DNA of 63,910 bases, counting the filler, from Octopus bimaculoides (taxonomy: Eukaryota): assembly GCF_001194135.2 (NCBI RefSeq). It is 10 parts of 9 records of this genome, joined end to end, with 100 filler letters (N's around TTAATTAATTAA, not from the genome) between each part and the next. Parts side by side here need not be neighbours in the genome. Positions count along the whole stretch, not along the records: positions 21,913 to 45,154 come from NC_068989.1; 9 more parts are not named here. The stretch is one strand, 5' to 3'. Of this stretch, positions 24,690 to 37,855 are shown in pieces. The position numbers and the translations under genes were made by a program. The notes beneath the pieces were generated by a model. That model worked only from the letters and a program-made list of their open reading frames with translations, was not told the DNA's origin and made no database searches. Numbering within the stretch: the first letter of the stretch is position 1; each line of letters starts with the position of its first letter.

Positions 24690-27225
24690 CAATATACGAA
24701 ATCTATGTTTGCATCCCAGAATTGTTTGGCAGCCTCTTGCCAGATGTTTACAGTAACTGGCAGCAGAACAGAAGAATTCCTAATGCTGTTAGCCAGGGTG
24801 TAGTAACACTGCTGAGAAAGGACACCAACAATGGGGACACTGCCATGAAAGTTTCAGCCCATAATTCTGTTAAGCACAGAGTTTAAGATTTTGGCCAAGG
24901 TGTTAGCGAAAAGATTGGTGCTTGTCATTGGTAGTCTGATTGGGGAGGGACAAACATGTGAAATCCTGAGTAGATCTATCCACGACAACCTCCACCTTAT
25001 ATGATATATCATAGTGAGGGCTGGGACTAAAGCTGGCTTCGGTGGGACCCTGATCAGTTTGGATCAGTCAAAAGCTTTCAATAGGGTAGACCATTACTAC
25101 TTGGAAGCCATCCTTAGAATGGTCAGTTTTGAACCTGTGCAATCCTGAGTAGATCTATCCACGACAACCTCCACCTTATATGATATATCATAGTGAGGGC
25201 TGGGACTAAAGCTGGCTTCGGTGGGACCCTGATAAATTTGGATCAGTCAAAAGCTTTCAATAAGGTAGACCATTACTACTTGGAAGCCATCCTTAGAACA
25301 GTCAGTTTTGGACCTGTGCAATCCTGAGTAGATCTATCCATGACAACCTCCACCTTATATGATATATCATAGTGAGGGCTGGGACTAAAGCTGGCTTCGG
25401 TGGGACCCTGATCAGTTTGGATCAGTCAAAAGCTTTCAATAGGGTAGACCATTACTACTTGGAAGCCATCCTTAGAATGGTCAGTTTTGGACCTGTTTTC
25501 AGGGGGCTGGATTGCTGCAATGCACAGTGGCACCTGCTTGGAGGTCAAAGTAAGTGGCCACCTATCAGAATTGTTTAGTATCACACATTCGGTCCGTCAG
25601 GGCTGCCTGCTGTCACCTCTTTTGTATGTACTGGCTCTTAAGCCACTGCTGAGGAAGTTGGAGCAGTTAAGAGGCCTCTCTTTTGAAACTGGACTCAGGA
25701 GGGCAGTGTTAGCATATGTGGACGATGTCACCATCATATCGTACACCTCCAAAGTGGAAACGGTCAGCTCCATTGTAAAGGAATATGAGTCAGTTGCAAG
25801 AGCCAAAATCAATGCCGACAAGAAGTTGGTAGGATTGCGACTGGGCACCTGGAGAAGTAGACCAATGCCATCGGATGCTGGACTTACAGACCAGTTAAAC
25901 TGCTCGGCGTCTGGTTTGGTCCTGACTTCCAAGTAGATAGGAATTGGAAAGATGTGGCAAACAGATTGGCCAGTCTTACCCAGAAATGGGCAGAGAGGAA
26001 GTTGTCCCTGAAAGGTCAGGCAGAGGTGATGAATGCCTACGTCGCCTCTGTCATTATTTATCATCTGACCATTGTACCATGCCCTCAGTTACTGCTTGAT
26101 TAGATTGAAGTATATCCTGTTTATTTTGTGGACGGGACGAATTCCAGTGGTGAGGTGGTCGGTCTGCTGCTAACTCCCTCTGCATGGCAGTTTAAGCATG
26201 TCACAGCTTTTGATGCACAGACACACTCAGGTTATGCCACCTAGACACACTTTTCCACAGCTCGTCTCCTTGACGGAACTGCAGTCCTGGGTAAAGAATA
26301 GGCCAAGACAGGGCACCTGGCACTTAGAATGTTATCAGGCACTCACTGTCCTCTACAAGTTGGGCAATAGGAGCAGATGTTCCACTTTAGCTATGTAGAG
26401 GATTAGTAGCAGAGAGGTGTGTCAATGAAAACGAACTGATAAGTCTATTCTGGCAGACTTTCTGGTTGGGGACTATTATGGACAATTTCCAGGTCTTTCG
26501 CTGGGGGGAGGGCACTACTGGTTTGTGATAAACTCTACAGGCATGGATGTACTGTCAGACAGGCTTGTCCAAAGTGCGAGCAGAATGACAAAACCATTCT
26601 ACAAGCAATCCTTCAGTGTCCAGACATTGCTGTCGTGTGTGAGATGGATCTATTTGTCAGCCGAGTCTATAATGATGATTGCCCTGCCGCCCTCTTTTAA
26701 TCGGGCAGGAAAGGCAGTTTTCCTTTGTCTGATGGCTGTGGCAAAAGAGATTGGTTGGTGGGCGAGGCTGAAAGGAATGAGGACAAAAACATTCCTCTTT
26801 GATAAAGCCCTCATCAACTTTTTCAAGTTTCACTTGAAAAGGAAAGTGGAGGTAGAGAGGGAAGTGTTGTCCACGAATGAATTTATGAAAAGGAGGGTGA
26901 AAGTTGTGAAAATGGTAAGAGTGGATGGTTCCACTCTCAGTGTAGAGCTGTGAGTTGGAAAAGAAAAAAGGAGTTGGAGAGGACTCTCGTCCTTGGGATT
27001 CAGGGTGATCTTGGATGGTGGGGTTCCTCAATTATCCCTAGAGGTCTTCCTGTATCAGGGGGACCCCATCACTATCACTTCTTTCTTCCCTCTTTTTCTA
27101 GTGTTGTATACTGTGTATACTTCCTTTCTTCTAATGTATACCATGGATAATTTTTTTATCATTTCATCATATATAAACCCCTACACTTTATCACACTGGT
27201 GGCAAATAAAAGAAATCATTATTAT
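24690..27225 (+). mobile_element. 5'-truncated Tx1/L1-clade LINE (ORF2 RT to 3' end), decayed
   Basis: PIILLSTEFKILAKVLAKRL, LISLDQSKAFNRVD, SVRQGCLLSPLLY, AYVDDVTI, KINADK motifs; 3' AATAAA followed by an (ATT)n tail at ~27207-27230. Confidence 0.85.
24957..25496 (+). repeat. Three tandem 179-bp units inside the LINE RT
   Basis: Units start at 24957, 25136 and 25315 (tgtg[a/c]aatcctgagtagatctatcc...); a few substitutions distinguish the units. Confidence 0.95.
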
Positions 27226-27526
27226 TATTATGCAGAGGACCGCAAGTTGGGAGAATTGTTAGTACACCAGGCAAAATGTTTAACAGTATTTCTCCCATCA
27301 CTACATTCTGAGTTCCAATTCCAGCTAAGTCGACTTTGCCTTTCGTCCTTTCAGTGTTGATAAATTAAGTAATGTGAAGTTAAGCAGTTCACATCTAAAC
27401 TATATGGTTTAAGTTTCAGCACCTTGGGCAAATGTCTTTTGATTTGGCCCTGGGCCAACTAATGCCTTGTGAGAGATGTACACTGTATTTCATACAATCC
27501 ATCATATATATATATATATAAATATA

Positions 27527-27699
27527 TAGGCACAGGAGTGGCTGTGTGGTAAGTAGCTTGCTTTCCAACCACATGGTTCTGGGTTCAGTCCCACTGCGTG
27601 GCACCTTGGGCAAGTGTCTTCTACTATAGCCTCGGGCCGACCAAAGCCTTGTGAGTGGATTTGGTAGACGGAAACTGAAAGAAGCCTGTCGTATATATG

Positions 27700-27768
<69 letters not shown>

Positions 27769-28435
27769 GTCTGTGTGCACATATACATAAATGTTGATAC
27801 CCACAACTTTTGAATGTCACCATCTCAACAAAATGGTATGGTGTTTACATTCCTAATTGATATCATGACCAGTCACTTTGCACTTTCGAACAGCAATGAA
27901 ATTCAAAACAACAAAAATCCCTAACTAATTAAAGCGGTAAAGGATGGCAACAAGAAGGGCATCCAACCATAAAATGCTTCTCGTCATCATTATCTTTTGA
28001 CATTCACTTTTCCATATTTGTAAGGGTTAGACAGAATTTGTTGAAACAAATTTTTCTATGGCCGGATGCCTTTTTCTATAACTAACCCTCACCTGCTAGC
28101 TAATATTTCCCCTTAACTAGACATGTTTTTCACAGATGACTGGAAATAAACAAACCTACTTTTATGACAGCGAAGCACTTTTACAATCATCCTGGGGTCG
28201 ATGTAATCGACTTAATCCCTTTATCTGTCCTTGTTTGTCCCCTCTATGTTTATTCCCTTGTGGGCAATAAAGAAATAAGAAGCTTGCTTCTCAACCACAC
28301 GGTTCACAGTTCAGTCCCACTGTTTGGCACCTTGGGCAAGTGTTTTCTACTATAGCCTCAGGCCAACCAAGGCCTTATAAGCGGATTTGGTAGATGGAAA
28401 CTGAAAGAAGCCTGTCATATATATGTACATATACA

Positions 28436-28483
<48 letters not shown>

Positions 28484-28690
28484 TTTGTATCTGTATTTGT
28501 CTCCCTACCACCGCTTAACAACCAGTTCTGGTATGTTTACATTCCCATAACTTAACAGTTCGGAAAAAGAGACAGACTAAATAAGTACGAGGCTTTAAAA
28601 AAAAAAAATAGGATTGATGCATTCAACTAAAAATTCAAGGTGGTGCCCCAGCTTGGCCAGTCTGATGAAACAAGTATAAGATAAAAGATA
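27527..28690 (+). mobile_element. Cluster of SINE family A copies and other SINE fragments
   Basis: Head plus core at 27527-27695 and a near-full copy at 28283-28690; family B tail at 28185-28280. Confidence 0.8.
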
Positions 28691-28692
28691 TA

Positions 28693-30540
28693 TTAGAGTG
28701 TTCAGAAAATAATTTGTTTATTCACTGCTTTGAAATATAAATCAACCAATCACGTCAAAACCAAGGTCGAATGGGCGGAAACTGTCTAGAGATAGTATAT
28801 CATCTCTTCTATCCGGCAGTGAGTCATTCATAGTTATTTTGCTAATTAACTATGAACATTTTATAAGAGGCTAATTAGCTAGAATTATTTTGCTAATTAA
28901 CTAGAACATTTTATAAGAAGCAAAACATTCAGAAACATGGACGATAAGAATTTTATGAAACAACACATTCACCATTGCTTACTGTATAAGTTTTGAAAGA
29001 AAAATACCACTACAGAAGCAATGGATACCATGTGCGAAGCGTATCTGGATGCAGTAAGAACTCGTACATATCAGCTGTGGTTTAAAAGGTTTAAAGATGG
29101 TGAAGACCTGTTGAGGCAAGTGAAATCGAAACCGAACTAAATTCGACGACTGGCACCCATGCCAACGTCGTCTCCTTCATTGGACACGAAACTCAGCTTG
29201 CGAAGACTTATTGGGGCAAGCGAAAGCGAAATCGGGATGGCACCTGTGCCCAGCGTCGCCTTTCTGGCACTTGTGCCCGTGGGCATGTGTAATGGACTTT
29301 CGAGCGAGATCGTTGCCAGTGCCCCTGGACTGGCTCTTGTGCGGGTGGCACATAAAATACACCATTTGAGCATGACCGTTGCCAGTACCGCCTGACTGGC
29401 CTTTGTGCGGGTGGCACGTAAAAGCACCCATTACACTCTCAGAGTGGTTGGCGTTAGGAAGGGCATCCAGCTATAGAAACTCTGCCAAATCAGATTGGAG
29501 CCTGGTGTAGCCATCCAGTTTCACCAGTCCTCAGTCAAATCGTCCAACCCATGCTAGCATGGAAAGCGGACATTAAACAATGATGATGATGATGATGATG
29601 ATGATGACTGTGAATAACTAACAAGCCTCGATCTGAAAGACAACCCACTCTGAATGACAAGTTTTTGAATGAGACTATTGTATTGGATCCACATCAAAGC
29701 ACCAGAGATTTGGTATCAAAATTTAATGTGTCACATTCAACTATCTATAAACATCTCAAGCAAATTGGGAAAACATGTAAAGGAATTTGGGTTCCACATG
29801 AGCTTATGCTGGAGAACCAAACACAACATTCCATCTGCAGCAGTCTTTGAACCAGGAGTAACAACCTGTCATTTCTGTAGCACATTGTTAGAGGTGATGA
29901 AAAATGGGATTTGCACCACAACAGAAAATGGAAAAGACAATTGTTATCATGTAATGAGAGGTCAATGCCAACTCCAAAAGCAGAACTCCACCCACAAAAT
30001 CCTTGCTGTGTCTGGTGTAGAACATGAAAAATATCTTCCATTATGAGCTACTGGAACATGGAAGGACCATCAATGCAGCTGTCTGTTGCAAACAACTTGA
30101 TGTAAATGAAAAATTAAGTCGAAAGTGGCCGGCTTTGGTAAAAAGAAAAGGTGTCTTTTTCCAGTATGACAATGCATGGCCACACTCTTCAAAACAAACT
30201 CAAGAAAAATTAAGATCATTAGGATGGGGAAGTTCTTCCATAGCCATCATACTCACCTGACTGAGCACCGACGGATTTCCATCTGTTCCAATAACTAGAA
30301 CATTTTATAAGAGGCAAAACATTCAGAAACAGAGAGTAAGTTGAAAACAATCTTTCAAACTTTTTTCAGGAAAAGAAATGTTTCTTTGAACATGGCTTAA
30401 AAAAATTGCTTTCCCACCGGGCTGCAGTCATTGAAAATTATGGTGTTTACATTCTTGATTAAAACTTTTCAGATAAACATACTTTACATTTGTTTTTCTA
30501 TCCTTTCTGGTAAAATGCAATTACTTTCCGAATACCTTAA
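28693..30540 (+). mobile_element. Full-length mariner (DD34D-type) relic with both TIRs, interrupted by a retroposon
   Basis: Ends TA|TTAGAGTGTTCAGAAAATAATT and reverse complement TA|TTAAGGTATTCGGAAAGTAATT (19/24 identical including TA); ATG at ~28937; motifs WFKRFKDG, WVPHEL, QYDNAWPH, DFHLF; stops and frameshifts. Confidence 0.9.
29101..29608 (+). mobile_element. Retroposon family C inserted in the mariner transposase
   Basis: Same 5' end (tgaagacctgttgaggcaagtgaaatcg) and tail as the 2221 copy; mariner sequence resumes after (GAT)n. Confidence 0.9.
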
Positions 30541-30564
30541 TATATATACATATATATCTATAAG

Positions 30565-31050
30565 CATGGCACTTTGAGTGTCTCCTACTATAGCTCCAGA
30601 TCAACAAATGGCTTGTGAGTGGATTTGGAAGATGGAAATTGAAAGAAGCCTTTCACATATGTGGCTGTCTGGCAAGAAACTTGCATCCCAACTACATGGT
30701 TCTGGGTTCAGTCCTATTGCATAGAACCTTGGGCAAGTGTCTTCTACTGCAGCTTCATTGCAACCAAAGCCCTGTGAGTTGATTTGGTAGACGGTTAGTG
30801 AAAGCCTGTTGTGTGTGTGTGTGTGTGTGTGTGTGCCTTTGTGTCTGTATTTGACTCCCACGACCAATTGACAGCTGATGTTGGAGTATTTACATCCCCA
30901 TAACCTAGCAGTTCAACAAAAAAGATAGAATAAGTACTAAGCTAAACAATTAAAAAATAAGCTCTGGGGTCGATTCATTCAACTAAAACCCTTCAAGGCG
31001 GTGCCCCAACCTCAGCATGGCCACAGTCTAATGACTGGAACAAATAAGAG
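30565..31050 (+). mobile_element. Diverged SINE family A copies
   Basis: A core fragment followed by a full diverged copy with (GT)n interior. Confidence 0.75.
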
Positions 31051-31054
31051 GTGT

Positions 31055-31102
<48 letters not shown>

Positions 31103-33115
31103 ACATGTGTTTGTGTCACCTTGTCTTGACATCAAGTGATAGTTGTAGGTGACAGTCAGCATCATGCAAGCAGTAGTGTTCATTTCTTGTTCTCCATGAA
31201 TAACATGCCTGACCAAAGGGAAATATTACCTTACTTATATACAGGTAAGGGTGGGTAACAAGAGGGGCTTCAGGCCATAGAAAAATCTGAATTCCAACTG
31301 ACCCTTGCAAGAATGGAACAGTGGACAGTAAAACAATGATGATGAGACTACAAGTCACTTGATGGCTTTGTGGAACAAGCACAAAACTTGCTTGATACAT
31401 TAGAGGTCAATCAAAAATGTCCCACATAAAGAAAACATTTAACTTACTCTTTCACTGCAGTAAAATGGGTTGGGTTTTTTTTTGTTTTCTTTTTTGCTTC
31501 CTTTTGTTTTTCTTCTGACCTTCAAAAATGTTTAACTTTACAAGATTCCCTTTTTTTTTTTTTTTTCTAGCCAAATCTGAGTTTAAATAAGCACAATACC
31601 AATTTCAATTTTAGTAGCAAAAACTCTGAATTTGAAAGACTTACAAGGGAAGCAGTTACAGTGAATGACTTATGTATTCTAAGTAATTCCTCACAACAGT
31701 TTTTAGGTGACAGAATTTTATTTCCTCAATGGAAAAATTCTGGATCATAAAATACAAACATAATTTTATATAAAAATCCTTTATTAAACTACCATAATTT
31801 TATATAAAAACCCTTTATTAAGCTATGTTCCTTTCCCTAATTTAGTATATATCAATATATTAAAAAAAAAGATTATTTTATTAAATTTCAAGTCGTAATA
31901 ATTTTGAAAATAAATTCACACAGACAAGTCTGTTCTAGTTAGGAAAACAAAGGTCGTAAAAAGGTGGGTTTTTCCCTTTTTAATTTTAAATATTAATTGT
32001 TATAGGTTACTTAGTAACAGAAACAACTGAACATTTATGAGGATACCCAACTTGCCTATAGAACATGTCCGTACTAGAACCAGACAGGTGTTATCTCCTC
32101 TTTCACAACCACTAGTTGAAATCTCTCAAACATGTTTCTTCCCTGTTGCAGTGAAATCTTTAATAAAACTCTCCAAGACCTAACTACACTTAGAAGAATG
32201 AAATTGAGAGAACTAAATAAGGATGATGATATATGTCGGAAAGTGACACATAAATACAAAGACGCAGTCGCCGATAATTTGACATTGTTTAATAATAACG
32301 ATTCCCCACTTTTTTATTTTTTTGCAGAAAAGGGGCAGATCTACTGAAATGAATCCCAATATATGCCTGCTACTCATAGTATCGATCTCCAGAACAATAA
32401 AAATCCAAGTATATCCTTGATAAGATAGGCACAAGGTCCATTGGTCTTACAGAAACACTCTAGTCAATGAAATGGCATCTATATATATATCATATATTAG
32501 ACGTATTTATTTGCTCGAACCGTAGACAGATGAAAAGCAAGACTTGAAAGACAGAACGTAGAAGATCGAAATTAAATTGCTGCAAGACAATTTAATCAGG
32601 TGCTATATATCGCTTCTAACAGTACGGGGGCCATTTTTTAAATAACCATACATAAGAGCTTAAATTTTAAACATAATATACAAAATTATAACTCTTCAAA
32701 CAGACAAAAACACAAAATATATTAAATGTCCATCTTATAAAATCGCTAGGTAATGTTAAATGGCCATTGGTGTTATATTAAAATCATATATTAACCACGT
32801 GTTTACATTATATCCCTTATGTTGAGTCATAGTTTGTAGTAGCAGCCTCATTTACAGGCGTTTAATGTTCTGTTCTATGATTTTACCTTCTCTTCGAATC
32901 AGCTGGTTATTTGGCTAATTCCATAAACATTACTACTAAAAAATTTTAAAAGCCATGAATTTCTTTCGTCCACCTTTTTTCTCTCTACTTGACAAATGTG
33001 AATAAATATTTCTTCGACTACTAACCAAATCACATCTAAATAGTCGAATAAATTTTAGTATGAAAACCAGTACGGAAAATAAATATTAGAAATAAAAACG
33101 CTTTTTAACTTCGTA

Positions 33116-33183
<68 letters not shown>

Positions 33184-33438
33184 AATAATAATGATGTGAT
33201 CAATGTATATTTCGTTATACATCTTCATTATACAGCTTTAAATGGATTGAGATTTTGCTGTACATAATCTTTAACATCGACAAAAAGACAATTGTATAAA
33301 CTTTACATTTAAACAATTGATTTCGAAACTACATATTTAACATTTTCGTTTAATTACATTTTTCAAATATTATTTGCAACAAAACACCATTGATTGTTGT
33401 TACAAGTGTGATAGTGTTTATAATATATCAAAAGACTG

Positions 33439-33473
<35 letters not shown>

Positions 33474-33479
33474 ATAATT

Positions 33480-33644
33480 CCTGGGAAACCAGTCCTCGTC
33501 AGTTTTCTATCAGTACCGGTTTCGATTACATATCAATATTATAGATAGGCGCACAAGAGATAGAGGGGTGCGCGTGCGCGCGGTCACTGATGTCAACACG
33601 ATAATGTTCCTGCGAAAACGGAGACAGCTCAAGATATTTATATG
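33480..33644 (+). promoter_or_regulatory. CpG-enriched candidate promoter / non-coding first exon (plus strand)
   Basis: Local CpG cluster (ggggtgcgcgtgcgcgcgg) next to a 32-nt poly-T (33441-33472); donor atg|gtaata at 33644/33645. Confidence 0.4.
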
Positions 33645-34149
33645 GTAATACAAAACATCACATGAAGGCTTAAAATAGCTTGAAAACTGTTATTGAAAAG
33701 ATGCATAATACACACATTATATATATATATATATATATATATAATGTGTATGTGTGTGCGAGTGAAAGTATGTACATACATACATACATACATACAGATA
33801 GATAGATAGATAGATATGCATATTATAGATTTGTGTATTTACGTATGTAATGCGTATATAGACAAATAAATGTGTGTGTGTTCAAGTAGAAAACGAATCT
33901 TATCTACACAGCATTAGTTCAGGGACATTAGCATACATACATATATATAAATAAATATGAAAACGATAGTATTTTTTTAAATATTGCTGGCGGCGGATAT
34001 ATATACACTAATTTTTTTTTTTTTTAACGCTGCTAATCTTTAGAACAGTAGATTAGATTACAGGTTAATCCTATTTGCATAGACATGACTTGCAATTCTC
34101 ACACCCGCTCAGGTATACTTACTTAATAAATGAAGAATTGTTTCTGCAG

Positions 34150-34255
34150 GTGAAAATATTACAAAGTAAAAAAAAAAAAGAAAAACAGCTCAGGAATGAC
34201 AAGAAGACAACAGCTTCGCTATTATAGAACACTGAAGAGAAGAGAACATTAAAAG
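34150..34255 (+). other. Candidate non-coding (5'-UTR) exon
   Basis: Acceptor tttctgcag| at 34149 and donor aag|gttagt at 34255/34256; no long ORF. Confidence 0.35.
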
Positions 34256-34259
34256 GTTA

Positions 34260-36130
34260 GTAATGGGGCGACAACTGTTGTTGGACAAATAAGTTTCAAT
34301 AGTGGTAGATAGAGAGGGAGGAGAAAGACAGCTAGATATAGTGTATATATAAAGAGAGAAGGAGGATGAAAGAAAGATATAGTATAGAGAGGGGTTGAGG
34401 GGGAGAGAAAGATGTGGTAGGGAGAGGAAGATTACGTATAGAGAGAGAGAGCAAGAATTGATATGAGAGAAAAAGATATGGTATAAGGAGAGAGTGAGGG
34501 GGAAAGGAAGATATGATATACTGAGGGAGGAAGAGCAAGATTTGATGTGTGTGTGTGTTTGTGTACAGATAGAAGAAAGATGTGGTATAAAATGAGCACT
34601 AACAAAGGGAGAAGGGGGATATAAGAATTGGTTCACAAAGAGAGAGGGAGGAATATAAGAATTACAGGAAAGAAAAGGGATATGGGAGAGAAAGAGACAA
34701 TGGGTGGTGGAATGAGAGAGAGAAAGATGATGAGAATATGGTGGCGGGAGAGAGAGAGAGAAAGATAGGTGATGAATATATGAGGGAGAGAGAGAGGGTG
34801 GGTTATGACTATATGGTGGGAAAGATGAAGAGAAAGAAAGAGGGACGGGTGTTGATTATGAACGATAAGGAGAGAAAAAGAGGAAAAGAAAGTGATTATA
34901 TGATAGGTAGAGAGAGAGAGAGAGAGAAAATAGGAGGAGAGAGGGATACTTATATGAGAGGGTGAGAGAGAGAGGGGGAAGAGATGAGTGGAGTTTATAG
35001 GATAGAGATAGAGAGGAAGAAAGATTATATGAGGAGAAGAGAGATTAGGAGAGTGATAATTATAGAATGGAGAGAAGAACAACAAGTGTTAGGTGAGAGA
35101 GAGAAAGAGTGTGTGATGGAAAGCGAGAGGGAGGGAGGGAGAGAGAGAGAAGGTGATGATTACATGATGAAAAGAAGGAGAAAAGACAAGAATAAAGAAA
35201 TGAGAAAAGGACAGAGTGTATGTGATAAGAGAGAGAGAGGAATGTATAATCAGTGCGAGTAAGGGTAGGAGTATGATAGAGAGAGGGTGAAAGAGAGACA
35301 GAGAGAGGGTGAAAGAGAGACAGAGAGAGGGTGAGAGAGAGACAGAGATAGGGTGAGAGAGAGACACAGAGAGAGAAATTGAGTAAGCCTGATAGGCTAG
35401 AGAGAGATGTGACAAGGGAGGTTTTATATGGGAGAGAAAAGAGAATTAGAGTAAGGAGAGAAGAAAAGAAACAGATGCGTTCTGCAGTAGATGAGAAGAG
35501 AATAAAATATGAGAAAAGGGAGAAAGAAAGAGTGAAGAATGAGAGAGTAATAAGAGAGACTAAAATCTGATAGAGAGGGAGAATAGAGCAAAAAAAAGTA
35601 AAGTGAGATAGAGGAAAGACTTAAGATATTACATGAAAAAAAAGGTTGAAGTGTGATTGTAAGAGAGAGAGAGGAAAAGACAGAAAGAGACAGACAGAGA
35701 TAGTGAGAGAGAGAAAAAAATTAAGAGAGTAGGGAGAAAAGGAGTATACAAGGTCATACATAGGAGAAAGAGTGAGAGCTGAGTTTTGGAGGAAGAAGAG
35801 GAGGTCCATAGAAGTACAATGTATTGTATGAAAGAGATGAACGAGTGAGTCATGACGGAAGATGAGAGCGTGCGAGGAACTTCACAAAGTATATTTGAGA
35901 AAAGGAGAAAAATGATAGATGGATTGATATATAACAAGGTAAGAGATGGCGGGAAAACGGTGATGATAGCGGAAAGAGGTAAGAGATAGAGAGGGTAACA
36001 CTCGAATGATATCATGCAAAAGAAAGAAAGAAATAAAGAAAGAAAGGGTGATCTGAAACTAGAAGGTCTTTTTGCCAAGAGGTGTGCAGAGAGGAGAGAA
36101 ATAGTGAAAGTGAAAGTGAGGTAATATATG
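34260..36130. repeat. 1.9-kb polypurine (GA-rich) low-complexity tract
   Basis: Plus strand is mostly A/G; includes a ~21-bp tandem (gagagagggtgaaagagagaca) at 35280-35370. Confidence 0.9.
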
Positions 36131-36614
36131 TTGTTTGTGTAAAACCACGGCTAATCTTATATATATATATANNNNNNNNNNNNNNNNNNNNNNNNNNNNN
36201 NNNNNNNNNNNNNNNNNNNNNNNNNNNNNNNNNNNNNNNNNNNNNNNNNNNNNNNNNNNNNNNNNNNNNNNNNNNNNNNNNNNNNNNNNNNNNNNNNNNN
36301 NNNNNNNNNNNNNNNNNNATATATATCATCTGTATCACATTAGATAAGGAGGAAAACGAGGACTGAATCTTGCACACCTTCAGTGTTCATTACAGTTGTT
36401 TCTGTACCACCCCGTTTCTAACTAAATTACATGTAAATTATTCTGTTTAATATGAGCACACACACACACACACATACACACACATATATACACACATATA
36501 CGTACACATGCATACACGCACACATGTATATGTGTGTGTGTGCGTATTAAACACTCGCACGTACATGCACACAAATGCATGTACTTTTTGGTATATGTGT
36601 ATGTATGTGTGTGT

Positions 36615-36655
<41 letters not shown>

Positions 36656-36699
36656 GAAAATGAGCTCAGTAAGATAACTCAGAATGGCCGAGAACATGA

Positions 36700-37200
36700 A
36701 TTTGGACAAGAAAGATTAAAGAACATTAAGGAAAGAAGTAGCATAAACAAGAATACAACTGTGAAGACGTGTTTCTACCTCAATAGGCGTCATTAGCATG
36801 TTGACACCATCCAGACTTATGTATATAACGCTACTTTGCAGCAATTGTAAGTTACCAAGTGGGGGAGGGGAGCTGTGGTGGGATAATGTCCAGGAAAGGA
36901 GGGAACGGATGTAGAGGTAAGATGAGGGCCTGATGGTGGTGGACAGATACAATATGGGCAACGACAGGATGAGGAATGAGTAAAATAAGAATACCTGAGA
37001 GCAGCCATCTCTGAAGAGCAGACGCTCTTGTAATCGTGATAAAGCGAGAGAGATAGGGGAGGGGAGATGAGGAAAGAGAGAGAGAGGAGACAGCACACCT
37101 TTGGGCCAGAACGTTGGAGTGTGTTGGTGAACAACCTTATTCTAATCAGTCAAGTGGGCTTTCTTTGGATGCATCTTAAGGTGTGATGGTGTGTGTGTGG
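36700..37200 (-). mobile_element. Highly decayed Penelope-like RT fragment
   Basis: Minus-strand peptides (MAALRYSYFTHSS; ISLDGVNMLMTPIEVETRLHSCILVYATSFL) echo PLE RT motifs (DGLxALxxFL; FxFDGxxYxQxxGVAMGTRMxPSYA); a hammerhead motif lies 5' of it on the same strand. Confidence 0.4.
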
Positions 37201-37818
37201 GTGTGTTTCTGAGAGAGAGAGAAAGAGTGAGAGAATGTAGCAGCAGCGCTCTCCTCTATGTGGGAACTCTACACCATCTTGGCTGTTATATGATCTCTAC
37301 GGTTAGTTAATAGTTGAGGCAGGTTTAAGTGAATCCTGACCTTTTGTGATGCAGAACATACATACATACAGACAGATAGATAGATAGATAGGCAGAAGCT
37401 ATTATATTGTCATGCGGTTATTATCACAAGTTAAAATTTATCCGCTTAATAGAACCAAAGCCCTGGATATTGTTGTCAATATTCTCAATTAAAGAACCAC
37501 CACCTTACTTCCATCCCAACTACCTCCATCATAGCAACATTTACACTTCCAAACTCAACCTCCCAGCATCACTACCCAATCACCCTTGCTCCTATCTACA
37601 CGAATAATTACTACCACAAACACAACTGCTACTATCACCACTCCTAATGTAGTACCTTTCACTTCAGAAACAGTAACAAGATCAAAGTAGTATATGCACA
37701 AGGTAAAGGGATGTGGTTTGTGTCTGGTTATGATGGTGGGAGGACAGTTGTGGTAGTGATAGAAGCGTGCGGACAAGGTGACAGAAAGAGTATAAGGAAA
37801 TTGCCTTGGAGAGTGAAA

Positions 37819-37855
37819 TAGCCAACGTTTCGGACAGAGTCCATCATCAGGATTA
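37819..37855 (-). ncRNA. Minimal type I hammerhead ribozyme motif (Penelope pLTR type)
   Basis: Minus strand aatc-CTGATGA-t-GGAC tct GTCC-GAAAC-GTT-ggct: canonical core, perfect 4-bp stem II, palindromic AACGTT stem III, imperfect stem I. Confidence 0.65.

Noticed and set aside
32036-32434. Overlapping 60-73 aa ORFs in unique sequence
   Set aside because: No recognisable motif, no consistent splice sites, ORFs on both strands; unassignable without a search.
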